A DNA stretch of 64,000 nucleotides, from assembly GCA_965248385.1 (NCBI GenBank), contig CBDFIZ010000002.1:949904-1013903 (forward strand). The letters run 5' to 3'. A program made the translations under genes and the position numbers. Shown piece after piece: positions 1 through 9,637 of the stretch. Under the pieces are notes generated by a model. It was not told the origin of the DNA, did no database searches, and worked only from the letters and a program-made list of their open reading frames with translations. Position 1 is the first letter of the stretch. Each line of letters opens with the position of its first letter. This stretch comes from Dehalococcoidia bacterium (GTDB lineage Bacteria > Chloroflexota > Dehalococcoidia > Lucifugimonadales > JAAXIE01).

Positions 1-132
1 GCGTATCGGCATGTGGCCCCGGACGGGCGGGAAATCTCCTTCCGGCTGCTGCGGCACTACGCATGTTGGGTACGCCACCAGAAGTACCACGGCGTCGATA
101 TCGTGACGGTGCATGTGGAGAGCCGCCGGTAG
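1..132 (+). CDS. C-terminal fragment of an ORF entering from the left edge (function unknown)
   Basis: Frame 1 is open from base 1 to TAG at 130-132 with GC-rich third positions; no recognisable motif. Confidence 0.3.
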   Translation, partial: AYRHVAPDGREISFRLLRHYACWVRHQKYHGVDIVTVHVESRR

Positions 133-215
133 GGTATCATGTTGCCACGTAGCCGGAGGCCAGAAGCGACCGGAGGCAGAAAATGGAGCAGCCCAGCGTC
201 ACAGGCTAGACCCTG

Positions 216-731
216 ATGGAAGCGGAATTCGATGACCGGTACACGCCCTACACCCGCTGGCTGGTAACCTTGTGGCTGATTGTAACCGTGGCTGGAATCT
301 TGGTGATTCCCTTCTGGTGGCTCCTGAGCCTGTGGTATTGCCCGGAGTACATGCGGCGTGTGTCGGCCCGCCTGACGACCAACGCCTTGGAGATACGCAA
401 GGGTGTGTTCATGCGGGCCGAGGCCACCATCCCACTGAACCGCATCACCGATGTACGCCTGCACGACGGCCCCTTGATGCGTCATTACAACCTGCGTGGT
501 CTCAAGGTGGAGACCGCTGGCCAAGGCGCCGGCCTCGGCGCCAGCGAGAGCAACCTCATCGGGGTAGTGGACGCCGTGCAGTTCCGGGATGCTATCCTCC
601 GGCAGAGGCAGCAGGTTCTAGGCGCTGAAGCCACGACGGCGACGCCCGCGCAAGGCGCCACCCCCTCGGATGTCACCGCGCTCCTCGCGGAGATTCGGGA
701 TATCCTTGCGAGGATGGAGAGTAAGGGGTAG
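216..731 (+). CDS. bacterial PH domain (bPH_2/YdbS-like) membrane protein
   Basis: Two N-terminal hydrophobic helices followed by RKGVF..IPLNRITDV..GPL..LGL..ETAG, typical of the DUF304/bPH_2 family. Confidence 0.7.
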   Translation: MEAEFDDRYTPYTRWLVTLWLIVTVAGILVIPFWWLLSLWYCPEYMRRVSARLTTNALEIRKGVFMRAEATIPLNRITDVRLHDGPLMRHYNLRGLKVETAGQGAGLGASESNLIGVVDAVQFRDAILRQRQQVLGAEATTATPAQGATPSDVTALLAEIRDILARMESKG

Positions 732-807
732 GAGTTAGACGGAAGCCAACCGTAGGCAAGTAGGCACATGATAGACTGTATTCAAATCACGGCTGCAGAG
801 GCCAATC

Positions 808-1098
808 GTGACCTGCGATGAGGTTCTAGACCTGTTGAGAGCGCACAAACCGCTGCTTGCGGAGCGCTTTGGCGTAACCCAACTTGCGTTGTTCGGGTCC
901 TTCGCTCGCGACCAAGCTACCGACCGCAGCGATGTAGATATTCTCGTCCAGTTCGACGGACCGGCCACGGCAAAGTCCTACTTCGGTGTGCAATTCTACT
1001 TGGAAGACCTGCTGAGTCGCCCGGTTGACCTAGTGACTACCAAGGCCTTACGCAATGAGTTCCGTACGTACGTCGAGCGAGAGGCACGCCTTGTGTGA
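808..1098 (+). CDS. MNT-type nucleotidyltransferase domain protein (type VII antitoxin-like), orphan
   Basis: GTG start; motif LFGSFARDQATDRSDVDILV (GS-X10-DxD minimal nucleotidyltransferase). Confidence 0.8.
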   Translation: MTCDEVLDLLRAHKPLLAERFGVTQLALFGSFARDQATDRSDVDILVQFDGPATAKSYFGVQFYLEDLLSRPVDLVTTKALRNEFRTYVEREARLV

Positions 1099-1104
1099 CT
1101 CCAG

Positions 1105-1716
1105 TCAGGAAGGACTTGTAGAATCGGATCGGTTCCTAAGCTCGTTCGTTCGGCGGACATATTGGTCCACGCGAGCTTGGTGCGTGTAGGCAGATTCTAA
1201 AGCGGTTCCGAGATAGTCTAATATGTCTTCTATTTCCTGCGCATCGAACTCATCGACCTCAATGTCGTCATGGCCCGCAACCGAGGCCCATAGACGTAGT
1301 TGGTCGACCCCACCATAGATAGCGGGAGTGATCACCTGCTTTTCGACTAGCTCTTTGAAGTTTTCTACCTGCTTATCGCGCAGAAACCTAATCAATGTTG
1401 TCCGAGCGGCCATCAGGGCTCCGATGTTGGCACCTGCAGCATGAGCCCGACGAGAATCCTCATAAGCCTCTCTGATCTTCTCGGGGACGCTTTTAGGCGC
1501 TCCTGGACTGTCCAACGGCCACACCGCACGCCCACGCTCCACTACGAATGTCCGTTTACATGCTCCACACCGCACGACAGATATGGGGCCACCTTCCAGG
1601 TGATACCACCCGTGTATAGGGTCGGTTAGGTTGCCTGAAAGATACACCAAACCTTCAACAACAATCGGAGTATTGATTGTATAGACACTACAAATGGGGC
1701 ATTTAACGCTATCCAT
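1105..1716 (-). CDS. DUF4145 domain protein with N-terminal zinc-ribbon
   Basis: N-terminal CPIC...CGAC cysteine pairs; C-terminal ...AAGANIGALMAARTTLIRFLRDK... and LRLWASVAGHD resembling the DUF4145 R..G(N)..AH signature. Confidence 0.6.
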   Translation of the reverse strand: MDSVKCPICSVYTINTPIVVEGLVYLSGNLTDPIHGWYHLEGGPISVVRCGACKRTFVVERGRAVWPLDSPGAPKSVPEKIREAYEDSRRAHAAGANIGALMAARTTLIRFLRDKQVENFKELVEKQVITPAIYGGVDQLRLWASVAGHDDIEVDEFDAQEIEDILDYLGTALESAYTHQARVDQYVRRTNELRNRSDSTSPS

Positions 1717-1829
1717 GGTGACAAGCTACCACCCAAGCTTCGTTAGATTCATAGGTAAGCCACAAGAGTTCGAAGAACTCAACACGTGATTTTAATGCTC
1801 AGGACCAACCGTCAGTGCGAACATTCCCC

Positions 1830-3368
1830 CTACCTCCCCTCCTTGATCCAGTCCGCCACACGCTCGCCTACTAGGATTGCGGTGGCGTTGGTGTTGGCGC
1901 GGGTGATTTGGGGGAGGACGGAGCAGTCGGCGACGCGGAGGTTGTCTACGCCTCGGACCCGGCAGTATTGGTCGGCTACGGCCATGGGGTCGGAGTCGGG
2001 GCCCATGCGACAGGTGCAGGAGTAGTGGCGGGAGGTCCCACAGGTGCGGAACAGGTAGGCGTCAAGCTTTTCGTCGTCGGCCAGTTCTTCCTCGGTGGGG
2101 TTTATCCACTGGTCAACGATTTCCTGGTAGGCTGGGTGGTCGACCATCCGGCGGACGAGGCGCAGACCCTCCCGTAGGCGCTCCCTGTCCCAAGGGTCCT
2201 CGAGGTAGTGGTAGTTAAAGTAGGGCTGGACGTTGGGGTCGGCTGAGACTATGCGCACCTCGCCGACGCTGGCAGGCATCTCCAAGGCGCAGGCGATGCG
2301 GAAGGTGCCCTCGGGCATGGTGTCGCCACTGAGGGTGGAGAAGACCGAGTTGGTCATCAGCATGATGTCGTTGGGGGTGCTGGAGCCGGTGGCAGTGTAG
2401 CGGAGGGCGAAGCGGGACTTGGTGACGTCGAGATGTAGGGCCACGCCCGCTTTCACCCGTAGCGAGGCACTGGCAGAGGGGTGATTCTTCAGGTTCTGGC
2501 CCACGCCGGGCGAGTCGTGAATTACGGGTATGCCCACTTCGCGCAACTGATCTGCTGGGCCGACGCCCGACAGCATCAGCATGTGAGGCGAGCGGATTCC
2601 GCCCGCGCTGAGGACGATCTGCTCACCCTCAACGACGAATACGTCTCCGTTGCTTTCTACCTCCACGCCCACCGCCTTCTTGCCCTCGAACACGATGCGC
2701 CGTGCCTGCACGTTACCCCGGATGGTGAGATTCATGCGGTGCTGCACCGGGTTCAGGTGGGTGAGGGCGGTGCTCATGCGGATGCCCTCAGGATTGTTCA
2801 TGGGTATGTAGCTGAGGCCGTAGGGGCCGGGGCCGTTCATGTCGGCCACTTCAGGGAAGCCGGAGGCAAGGCAGGCTTGGCGAAAGGCAGCTTGGATGGG
2901 CAGGGAGGGCTCGCTGGGGCGGCGCAGGACTGGCACGGGGCCGTCCGCGCCGTGGAAGTCGTCGCGGATGTCCTGGTCCGACTCCAGCCTGCGCAGGAAG
3001 GGCAGGACGTTCAGGTAGCCCCATTCGTCGTTGCCGCGAGCGGCCCAGTCGTCGTGGTCGTCGGGCAGACCCCGGAGGAAGACTTGGCCGTTGATGGCCC
3101 CTGAACCGCCAACGACTTTGCCCTCGGCCACATGTATCTCGCCCTGCACCGGGTTGATGATCCCGCGCATGGCCCAGTTATGGGGTGCGCCCTCGGCCTC
3201 GGCGTCCCGGGTCTCGCCGTACTTGAGGTCGTCGGTAAGGTGCTGGAAGTCGGGATAATGCGGGCCGGCCTCCAGCAGCAGCACCGACAGGCTGGGGTCC
3301 TCGGAAAGCCGGGCCGCCAGCGGACATCCCGCAGAACCAGCTCCGACCACGATAACGTCGTACTTCAT
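1830..3368 (-). CDS. GMC family FAD-dependent oxidoreductase (choline dehydrogenase-like)
   Basis: N-terminal YDVIVVGAGSAGCPLAARLSEDP Rossmann motif, 512 aa, GMC-type C-terminus. Confidence 0.88.
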   Translation of the reverse strand: MKYDVIVVGAGSAGCPLAARLSEDPSLSVLLLEAGPHYPDFQHLTDDLKYGETRDAEAEGAPHNWAMRGIINPVQGEIHVAEGKVVGGSGAINGQVFLRGLPDDHDDWAARGNDEWGYLNVLPFLRRLESDQDIRDDFHGADGPVPVLRRPSEPSLPIQAAFRQACLASGFPEVADMNGPGPYGLSYIPMNNPEGIRMSTALTHLNPVQHRMNLTIRGNVQARRIVFEGKKAVGVEVESNGDVFVVEGEQIVLSAGGIRSPHMLMLSGVGPADQLREVGIPVIHDSPGVGQNLKNHPSASASLRVKAGVALHLDVTKSRFALRYTATGSSTPNDIMLMTNSVFSTLSGDTMPEGTFRIACALEMPASVGEVRIVSADPNVQPYFNYHYLEDPWDRERLREGLRLVRRMVDHPAYQEIVDQWINPTEEELADDEKLDAYLFRTCGTSRHYSCTCRMGPDSDPMAVADQYCRVRGVDNLRVADCSVLPQITRANTNATAILVGERVADWIKEGR

Positions 3369-3733
3369 CCTTCCCTCCAGAACACCCGAATAAGTGCCGC
3401 AGGCACAGGGAAATGAGATAGCCTAGTTATTGGGTGGTTGTCAACATGGCAGTGGTCGTAGCGAGCCGAGCTCGGCCCGCTCTGAAAAGAGGCCTTACCT
3501 CTCCGCGCGTCCTGACCCAAGTGGGACGCAGCGTCTAGCGGAGCCTGGGTACGGGCACTAGATGATGACCAAGCGGAGGATGCCCGCGCTGTTATACTCT
3601 CGAGAAGACGCCGTGATTGTCTGGCAGCAGGAGACTAATCAGGAGAGGCTCAGGGTCGTAGTAGTCCACTCGACTTAGTTGGTCTCGCTCGTCTTCATCA
3701 AAACCAACCAACTCCCGTAGGCAGGTCAATCAT

Positions 3734-4909
3734 ATGTTCAGCTATCTCGACCATCTGGAATGCAGTATGTGCGGGGCCGAGTACCCGCACGACAAGCCGA
3801 TTCGCACCTGTACCGCGTGCAACAAGGTGTTGCTGGCGCGGTACGACCTGCCCCGGTTGAAGCGGGAGGTGGCGCGAGAGGCTATCGAGGGGCGACAGGC
3901 TGGCATGTGGGCCTTCTCCGAGTTGCTGCCAGCGTCGCGGCCGGAAGACATCATCACGTTGGGCGAGGGGGGGACGCCTCTGCTGCATGCCCCGCGATTG
4001 GGTGCGTCTCTTGGAATGCCCAGCTTGTACATCAAGGATGAGGGGTTGAACCCCACTGGCACCTTCAAGGCTCGCGGATTAGCGGCGGCCGTCTCCAAGG
4101 CCAAAGAGGTGGGGTTGACCCAGCTGATCATGCCCTCCGCAGGCAACGCCGCTGGGGCAATGGCGGCATACGCCGCTCGTGGTGGGTTGGAGGCGTATGT
4201 GTATATGCCCCAGGATGCGCCGGAAGGCAACAAGCTGGAGTGCATCACCCTTGGCTCCGAACTCAACCTCGTGGACGGCCATATCGGCGACGCCGGGGTG
4301 CTCTCGCGGGCTAGGGCAGCCGAGGAGGGGATGTTTGACCTTTCCACCATGCAGGAGCCATACCGGGCCGAGGGCAAGAAGACCATGGGGCTGGAAATCG
4401 CCATGCAGCTGGGATGGCGCATGCCCGAAGCCATCATCTATCCCACTGGAGGGGGCACCGGCATCATCGGCATGTGGAAGGGTTACTTGGAACTGCTGGA
4501 GTTGGGTTGGGTGGAAGGCAAGTTGCCCCGCTTCATCGCTGTGCAAGCCGAGGGTTGCCAACCCGTGGTGCATGCTTACGAGTCGGGGGCAGAGGCGTCG
4601 CAGGCGTGGCCAAACCCACATACGGTGGCTGATGGCCTCCGTGTGCCCCACCCCTTCGCCGACTACCTGGTGTTGCAGGCCATACGCGAGACGGGCGGGA
4701 CTGCCCTTACCGTTTCCGACGCCGAAATGGTACATGCCATGAAGGAGATGGCCGCGGCGGAAGGTGTGTTCGCCTGCCCTGAAGGGGCGGCCACCTTGGT
4801 GGCGGCAAAGAGGCTACTAGGTTCGGGTCAACTGAACCCCGAAGGCGTGACGGTACTTCTCAATACGGGCTCGGCCTACAAGTATCTCGGCCTGCTCGGG
4901 GACGTGTAG
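3734..4909 (+). CDS. thrC: threonine synthase-like PLP-dependent enzyme
   Basis: N-terminal Cys4 zinc ribbon, PLP lysine motif GTFKARG, tryptophan-synthase-beta-like fold length (391 aa). Confidence 0.8.
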   Translation: MFSYLDHLECSMCGAEYPHDKPIRTCTACNKVLLARYDLPRLKREVAREAIEGRQAGMWAFSELLPASRPEDIITLGEGGTPLLHAPRLGASLGMPSLYIKDEGLNPTGTFKARGLAAAVSKAKEVGLTQLIMPSAGNAAGAMAAYAARGGLEAYVYMPQDAPEGNKLECITLGSELNLVDGHIGDAGVLSRARAAEEGMFDLSTMQEPYRAEGKKTMGLEIAMQLGWRMPEAIIYPTGGGTGIIGMWKGYLELLELGWVEGKLPRFIAVQAEGCQPVVHAYESGAEASQAWPNPHTVADGLRVPHPFADYLVLQAIRETGGTALTVSDAEMVHAMKEMAAAEGVFACPEGAATLVAAKRLLGSGQLNPEGVTVLLNTGSAYKYLGLLGDV

Positions 4910-5025
4910 TCTTCTTTGGTAAGTGGCTTTCATTGAAGCGGCGTCCCTAATCCGTTAGGATTGGCCTTTGCTCCAAGTCGGCCTCAAGGTCCGGAAAGCC
5001 CTCAATCGGCCCCAAAGGATGGTGA

Positions 5026-6366
5026 ATGCTCAGGTCCCCCTTACGAGTGAGTGACGACCACCTGCGGTTCGGTGGCTGGGGCGTACATTACGCTTGGATC
5101 ATCGTCCTGCTGGCGGCCACCATGTGGATGATAAGCTCGTCCTTCCGGTTTGCCGCAGTGGTGCTTGTGCCCCACCTGCAGGACCCCGTTGATGGGTTCG
5201 GCTGGTCGAAGTGGGCCATAGCAATCGCATTCAGCTTGCAGTGGGTTATCTCCGCTGTCATGTCGCCGGTGCTCGGCGGGCTGGGGGAGCGGTACGGAGT
5301 GCGTCCCATTCTGGTACTGGGCGCAGTGCTGTTCCTAGCTGGCATGGTGCTTTGTGGATACATGACCTCGCTCTGGCAGTTCTACCTCTACTTCGGCATC
5401 CTCTTGGGCATTGCCATGACCGTGTTCCAAGTGCCGCTGGTGTCCAGCGTGACAGTCTGGTTCCGTACCAACCTAGGCGCTGCCATGGGCGGGATGCAGG
5501 CACTGCAAAGCTTGGGAACGGTGACCATGATCCCGCTGATTGCGGTGCTGTTTGCTGGGGTCGGTCTCAATTGGACCTTCTGGATTCCGGGCATCGCTGG
5601 CGGGATCCTGCTGTTCTTGATGATTCCTCCGTTCTTCAACGAGCCTGCTCAGGCCAAGATGCGGCCCTACGGGGCCGCCATCGGGGAACCTGTTGTGCCA
5701 GTGCAGCGGGATGAGGAGACCAAGATACGGAACCAAGTCTTTTTCGGCGAGGCACGTCGCACCCATGCCTTCTGGAACCTCATCGGCATTCACTTCTGGG
5801 GGTGCATGGGCCACAACGTCTTCATCGTGTTTCTGGTCGCCATGGCCCAAGACGTCGGAGTGTCAGCGAGCTTGGCCGTCGCCTCATTCGTCACTCTCCA
5901 GTCCTCCAGCATGATCGCCCGGTTCGCTGTCCCTATCGTTGCCGACCACATAGGGGCCAAGAACGTGATGAAGGTCTGCTTCTCGCTGCAAGTGCTCCCC
6001 CCCATCCTGTTGCTGGTAACTCAAGACCCGTGGGCGTTCTTCGTTTTTGCCGCCCTGTTCGGCATCGGATCGGGTGGAGAGGTGCCACTCTTCCCCATCA
6101 TCAACCGGCAGTATTTCGGTCGCGCCCCCATCGGTGCGGTCTACGGATGGGAGATGCTGGGCAACGGCTTCGGCATGGCCATTGGGCCCATATTGGGCGG
6201 CTTGCTGCTGGACTTCGTGAGTTTTCAGAGCGCAATCTTGATGTCCATAGCGTTCAGCGCGATAGGCCTCATATCCGTCGTCCTTCTTCCCGCCACGACC
6301 CGCGTGCTGACGCCTGATTGGGAGAGGCTCTTGCCTCAGGCTGTGCGATCGTCTTCGTCTTCGTAG
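5026..6366 (+). CDS. MFS transporter
   Basis: About 12 predicted hydrophobic helices, 446 aa, MFS-like loop between TM6 and TM7. Confidence 0.8.
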   Translation: MLRSPLRVSDDHLRFGGWGVHYAWIIVLLAATMWMISSSFRFAAVVLVPHLQDPVDGFGWSKWAIAIAFSLQWVISAVMSPVLGGLGERYGVRPILVLGAVLFLAGMVLCGYMTSLWQFYLYFGILLGIAMTVFQVPLVSSVTVWFRTNLGAAMGGMQALQSLGTVTMIPLIAVLFAGVGLNWTFWIPGIAGGILLFLMIPPFFNEPAQAKMRPYGAAIGEPVVPVQRDEETKIRNQVFFGEARRTHAFWNLIGIHFWGCMGHNVFIVFLVAMAQDVGVSASLAVASFVTLQSSSMIARFAVPIVADHIGAKNVMKVCFSLQVLPPILLLVTQDPWAFFVFAALFGIGSGGEVPLFPIINRQYFGRAPIGAVYGWEMLGNGFGMAIGPILGGLLLDFVSFQSAILMSIAFSAIGLISVVLLPATTRVLTPDWERLLPQAVRSSSSS

Positions 6367-6388
6367 GGGGTGACCTATCGTTAGCAGC

Positions 6389-6871
6389 TTGGTGCGTCCT
6401 TTGGAAGTCGGTTTCACCGTCGAGGACCGGCCCTACAAGCTTGGCGGGCTGATACCAGTGACCGTTGACTTGCTGGCTCGGCGGGACGTTTCCATAAGGG
6501 CCGGTTGGGTCGACTTGGTATGTCATGAGCGGTGGACGAGCAACTTCGTGGTCAACGCCCCCACCTCTTCCCGTCCCGTGATAGTGGGTGGAGGCGGACT
6601 GCCAGCTACGGTCCTGCCCACCCCCATGGCCCCACGGCGGGTAACGGAGGAATTAAAGCAGACCTACGTCCACAGTCGGCTGGTGTTCCTAGAGGGCTTA
6701 CACCTGCCATCTGGGGCCACTGCCGCCTACAATGCCCGGCTGGAAGTCGTTCAGGAGCAACCGGACCATGTGGCCGTGAGCACTGTTACATGGAAGCTGG
6801 CCTTGTTCATCGACCTGCCCCATGCCCTGGATGTCCACAGAAGTCGTCCCGTAGAGGTGCAACTGGACTGA
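6389..6871 (+). CDS. hypothetical protein (beta-rich, possibly arrestin/Spo0M-like)
   Basis: 160-aa ORF with GTG start and GC3-rich codons, co-oriented between the MFS and amidohydrolase genes; no motif recognised. Confidence 0.5.
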   Translation: MVRPLEVGFTVEDRPYKLGGLIPVTVDLLARRDVSIRAGWVDLVCHERWTSNFVVNAPTSSRPVIVGGGGLPATVLPTPMAPRRVTEELKQTYVHSRLVFLEGLHLPSGATAAYNARLEVVQEQPDHVAVSTVTWKLALFIDLPHALDVHRSRPVEVQLD

Positions 6872-6943
6872 TACCAGCTTCAGTCGAGATCCAATCCACC
6901 CCCGGCCAACACCATCATCAGGCGATGCAAAGAGAGGGCCCTC

Positions 6944-8545
6944 ATGCCGAACTCCACCATACAAGCCGATCTAGTACTGCAAAACGCCAACGTCATCACC
7001 ATCGACCGGCAGCGCCCCCGTGCCCGCTCCGTGGCGGTGCGCGACGGCAAGTTCTTCGCAATAGGCGATGGAGACAACATATCCGACTTGGTGGGACCGG
7101 GTACGGAAGTTCTGGACGTGGCAGGCAAGACCGTTCTGCCAGGGTTTATCGATGCCCACATCCATGTGCTCAGCAGTGGCATTCGGCACGTCATGGCTGC
7201 CGACTGCGCCTTACCCAGCATCGGGGCGGTACAGGTTGCCTTGCGCCAGCAGGCTCTGGGCGTTCCTTCAGGCCAGTGGGTGCAGGGATTCAAGTTCGAC
7301 GACACCAAGACATCGGAAAATCGCTTTCTCAACCGCCAAGACCTCGACGCGGTGAGCACGGATCACCCCATACTGGTGGCCCATCGCGCGGGGCATGTGT
7401 ACTACCTGAACAGTCGCGGGCTTGAAGTGGCAGGCTTTAATCGCGAGACCTCAGACCCGCCGGGCGGTCGCTTTGGGCGTGATGAGGCCACGGGTGAGCT
7501 TAACGGTGTCGTCTACGAGCGGGCCATAGAACCGGTGACGTACAACCACCTGCCTCCGGTGACCCCCGATGTGCGCCGGCAGGGGTTGAGACGCATCTGC
7601 GAGATGCTGAATCAGGTGGGACTGACCAGTGTGCATGATGCCAAGGTATCCAACCTTGAGTTGGAGACCTACCAGCAGGGGCACCAGAGTGGCGACCTAA
7701 CGCTGCGGGTCTACCTCCTGATGTACCATGACCACTTTGAGGCCCTGCGCGACGCGGGTGTCAGGAGCGGGTTTGGTGACGAGCGCCTGCGGCTCGGTGG
7801 CATCAAGATGGTGGCCGACGGGGCCATCGCGGCCCGCACCGCTTACCTTTCCGAGCCCTACGTGGGCAGCCCCTGCGACCATGGCATCCTCGCCATGAGC
7901 GCCGACGAGATCGAGGAGCGGGTGATGCAGGTGCATCAAGCCGGCTTCCAAGTGTGCATCCACGCCAACGGCGACTCCGCCATCGATGCCGTGCTCACCT
8001 CCTACGAGAAGGCGCAACAGGCCTTCCCACGCCAAGACACGCGGCACCGTCTGGAGCACTGCACCTTGGTGAACCCCGACCTGCTGGGCAGGATTAAGGC
8101 ACTGGGGTGCGTGGCAACGCCCTTCTGCACCTACATCTACTACCACGGCGAGAAGATGCCTTTCTACGGCGACAAGCGGCTGGAGTGGATGTTCGCCCAG
8201 CGCTCTTTCCTGGACTACGGCATCAACGCCACCGGGGCCACCGACTACCCTCCCGGCCCCTACGAACCGCTGCTGGGCATCCAGAGCTGTGTCACCAGGA
8301 CCGACAGCTCAGGGCGCGTCTGGGGAGCCAACCAAGCGGTCACGGTAGAGGAGGCCCTGCGCATCTACACGCTCCATGGGGCCTATGCCTCTTTCGAGGA
8401 GGATGTCAAAGGCTCCATTGAGGTGGGCAAGCTGGCAGACATGGTGGTCCTGGACCAAGACCCGACTGAGATCGATCCCATGACCATCAAGGACATCCCT
8501 GTCCTCCGTACAATCGTAGGCGGCGCAACCGTCTACTCAGCATAA
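6944..8545 (+). CDS. amidohydrolase family 3 (YtcJ-like metal-dependent hydrolase)
   Basis: VLPGFIDAHIHV metal-binding motif, HANGD, C-terminal GSIEVGKLADMVVLD. Confidence 0.88.
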   Translation: MPNSTIQADLVLQNANVITIDRQRPRARSVAVRDGKFFAIGDGDNISDLVGPGTEVLDVAGKTVLPGFIDAHIHVLSSGIRHVMAADCALPSIGAVQVALRQQALGVPSGQWVQGFKFDDTKTSENRFLNRQDLDAVSTDHPILVAHRAGHVYYLNSRGLEVAGFNRETSDPPGGRFGRDEATGELNGVVYERAIEPVTYNHLPPVTPDVRRQGLRRICEMLNQVGLTSVHDAKVSNLELETYQQGHQSGDLTLRVYLLMYHDHFEALRDAGVRSGFGDERLRLGGIKMVADGAIAARTAYLSEPYVGSPCDHGILAMSADEIEERVMQVHQAGFQVCIHANGDSAIDAVLTSYEKAQQAFPRQDTRHRLEHCTLVNPDLLGRIKALGCVATPFCTYIYYHGEKMPFYGDKRLEWMFAQRSFLDYGINATGATDYPPGPYEPLLGIQSCVTRTDSSGRVWGANQAVTVEEALRIYTLHGAYASFEEDVKGSIEVGKLADMVVLDQDPTEIDPMTIKDIPVLRTIVGGATVYSA

Positions 8546-8669
8546 GCGGCGGCGGGCGGTCTAGGGGCAACCTCTCTCTTCGCACCATAGGACTTGCGCC
8601 GGGGGAAAGGCTTGGCGCTTGCCAGGATTCACTTGCGGTATGTCCACGTCAGCCTTTAATATTCTTGCC

Positions 8670-9350
8670 ATGTTTGATTTTCATACGCATACATTTCTAA
8701 GCGATGGGGTGCTCTCCCCAATAGAGCTCATCCGACGGGCGAGGGCTGTGGGTTACGAGGTTATGGCCATAACAGACCACGTAGGCTATGGCAACGTGGA
8801 ATACGTGGTGAAGACCTTGGTCCAGGACTGTCGCGCTGCGTCACAGCGATGGGACATACTAGCGTTGCCCGGCGTCGAGATTACTCATGTTCCAAAAGAG
8901 GACATCGACGCTGTGGCCCGGGATGCCAAGCGGCTGGGTGCCCGCGTCGTCATCGTGCATGGAGAGACTATCGTTGAGCCTGTGGAGCCGGGGACCAACC
9001 ACGCAGCCATCTGTTCGGACTACGTGGACATACTTGCCCACCCAGGGCTCATACAGCTGGAAGACGCGTACCTAGCGGCGCAGAGAGGAGTCTACCTAGA
9101 GGTGTCGGCTAGAAGAGGGCATAGCCTAGCGAATGGCCATGTGGCAAAGATGGCTGCCCAAGCCGGAGCCACTACCGTGCTGGACTCCGACGCACACGAG
9201 CCGGGCGACCTACTTACGCCGGATTTCGCACACAGAGTAGTACTCGGCGCGGGCATAGAAGAGCAACAGATGCACACTATAATGCGGGAGAATCCGCAGA
9301 AGCTATTGCAGAAGCTAGGCGTTCCGCAGTCTGCCAAGACGGGCGTCTAA
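8670..9350 (+). CDS. PHP domain phosphoesterase (histidinol-phosphatase-like)
   Basis: MFDFHTHTFLSDG start motif; DxH and H motifs later in the sequence. Start chosen at the internal ATG because the 17 preceding codons are not family-like. Confidence 0.75.
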   Translation: MFDFHTHTFLSDGVLSPIELIRRARAVGYEVMAITDHVGYGNVEYVVKTLVQDCRAASQRWDILALPGVEITHVPKEDIDAVARDAKRLGARVVIVHGETIVEPVEPGTNHAAICSDYVDILAHPGLIQLEDAYLAAQRGVYLEVSARRGHSLANGHVAKMAAQAGATTVLDSDAHEPGDLLTPDFAHRVVLGAGIEEQQMHTIMRENPQKLLQKLGVPQSAKTGV

Positions 9351-9384
9351 GCGGCACTCTCCAGCAGTTACAACTATGAGAGTG

Positions 9385-9525
9385 CTAGGCCTTGCCTATG
9401 CGGAATACCTTAGTCCCACAGGTGGGGCAGGTGCCTTGGGTGGCTGGCCTGCCATTCTTCAATTGCACTTGAGTGGGACCGCTAATCTCACGTTTCGCCC
9501 TACACTTGAAGCAATAAGCTTCCAC
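9385..9525 (-). CDS. DUF5679-type zinc-ribbon mini-protein (46 aa), absent from the ORF track
   Basis: My translation: (V/M)EAYCFKCRAKREISGPTQVQLKNGRPATQGTCPTCGTKVFRIGKA. It has CxxC...CxxC, a GGGAGGA RBS 7 nt upstream of the GTG, and a TTGACA-N16-TAGACT promoter upstream. Confidence 0.75.
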   Translation of the reverse strand: MEAYCFKCRAKREISGPTQVQLKNGRPATQGTCPTCGTKVFRIGKA

Positions 9526-9556
9526 AGACAGTCCTCCCGCTAGAGGTTAGGCTCTA

Positions 9557-9584
9557 AGTCTACGTAGCTATGTAAAGTTGTCAA
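9557..9584 (-). promoter_or_regulatory. sigma70-like promoter of the DUF5679 gene
   Basis: Minus strand TTGACA (9579-9584), 16-nt spacer, TAGACT (9557-9562); the spacer contains ATAGCTACGTAG. Confidence 0.4.
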
Positions 9585-9637
9585 GGCGATGCAAGGGTCA
9601 AATTACCATAACTTCCAGTTGTGGTTCTGACTCGTAG

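Noticed and set aside
3369-3733. 365-nt gap upstream of the threonine synthase-like gene as a possible riboswitch (contains the palindrome GCCGAGCTCGGC at about 3463-3474)
   Set aside because: I could not recognise any known riboswitch core (SAM, lysine, glycine, T-box) by eye. It is left unannotated
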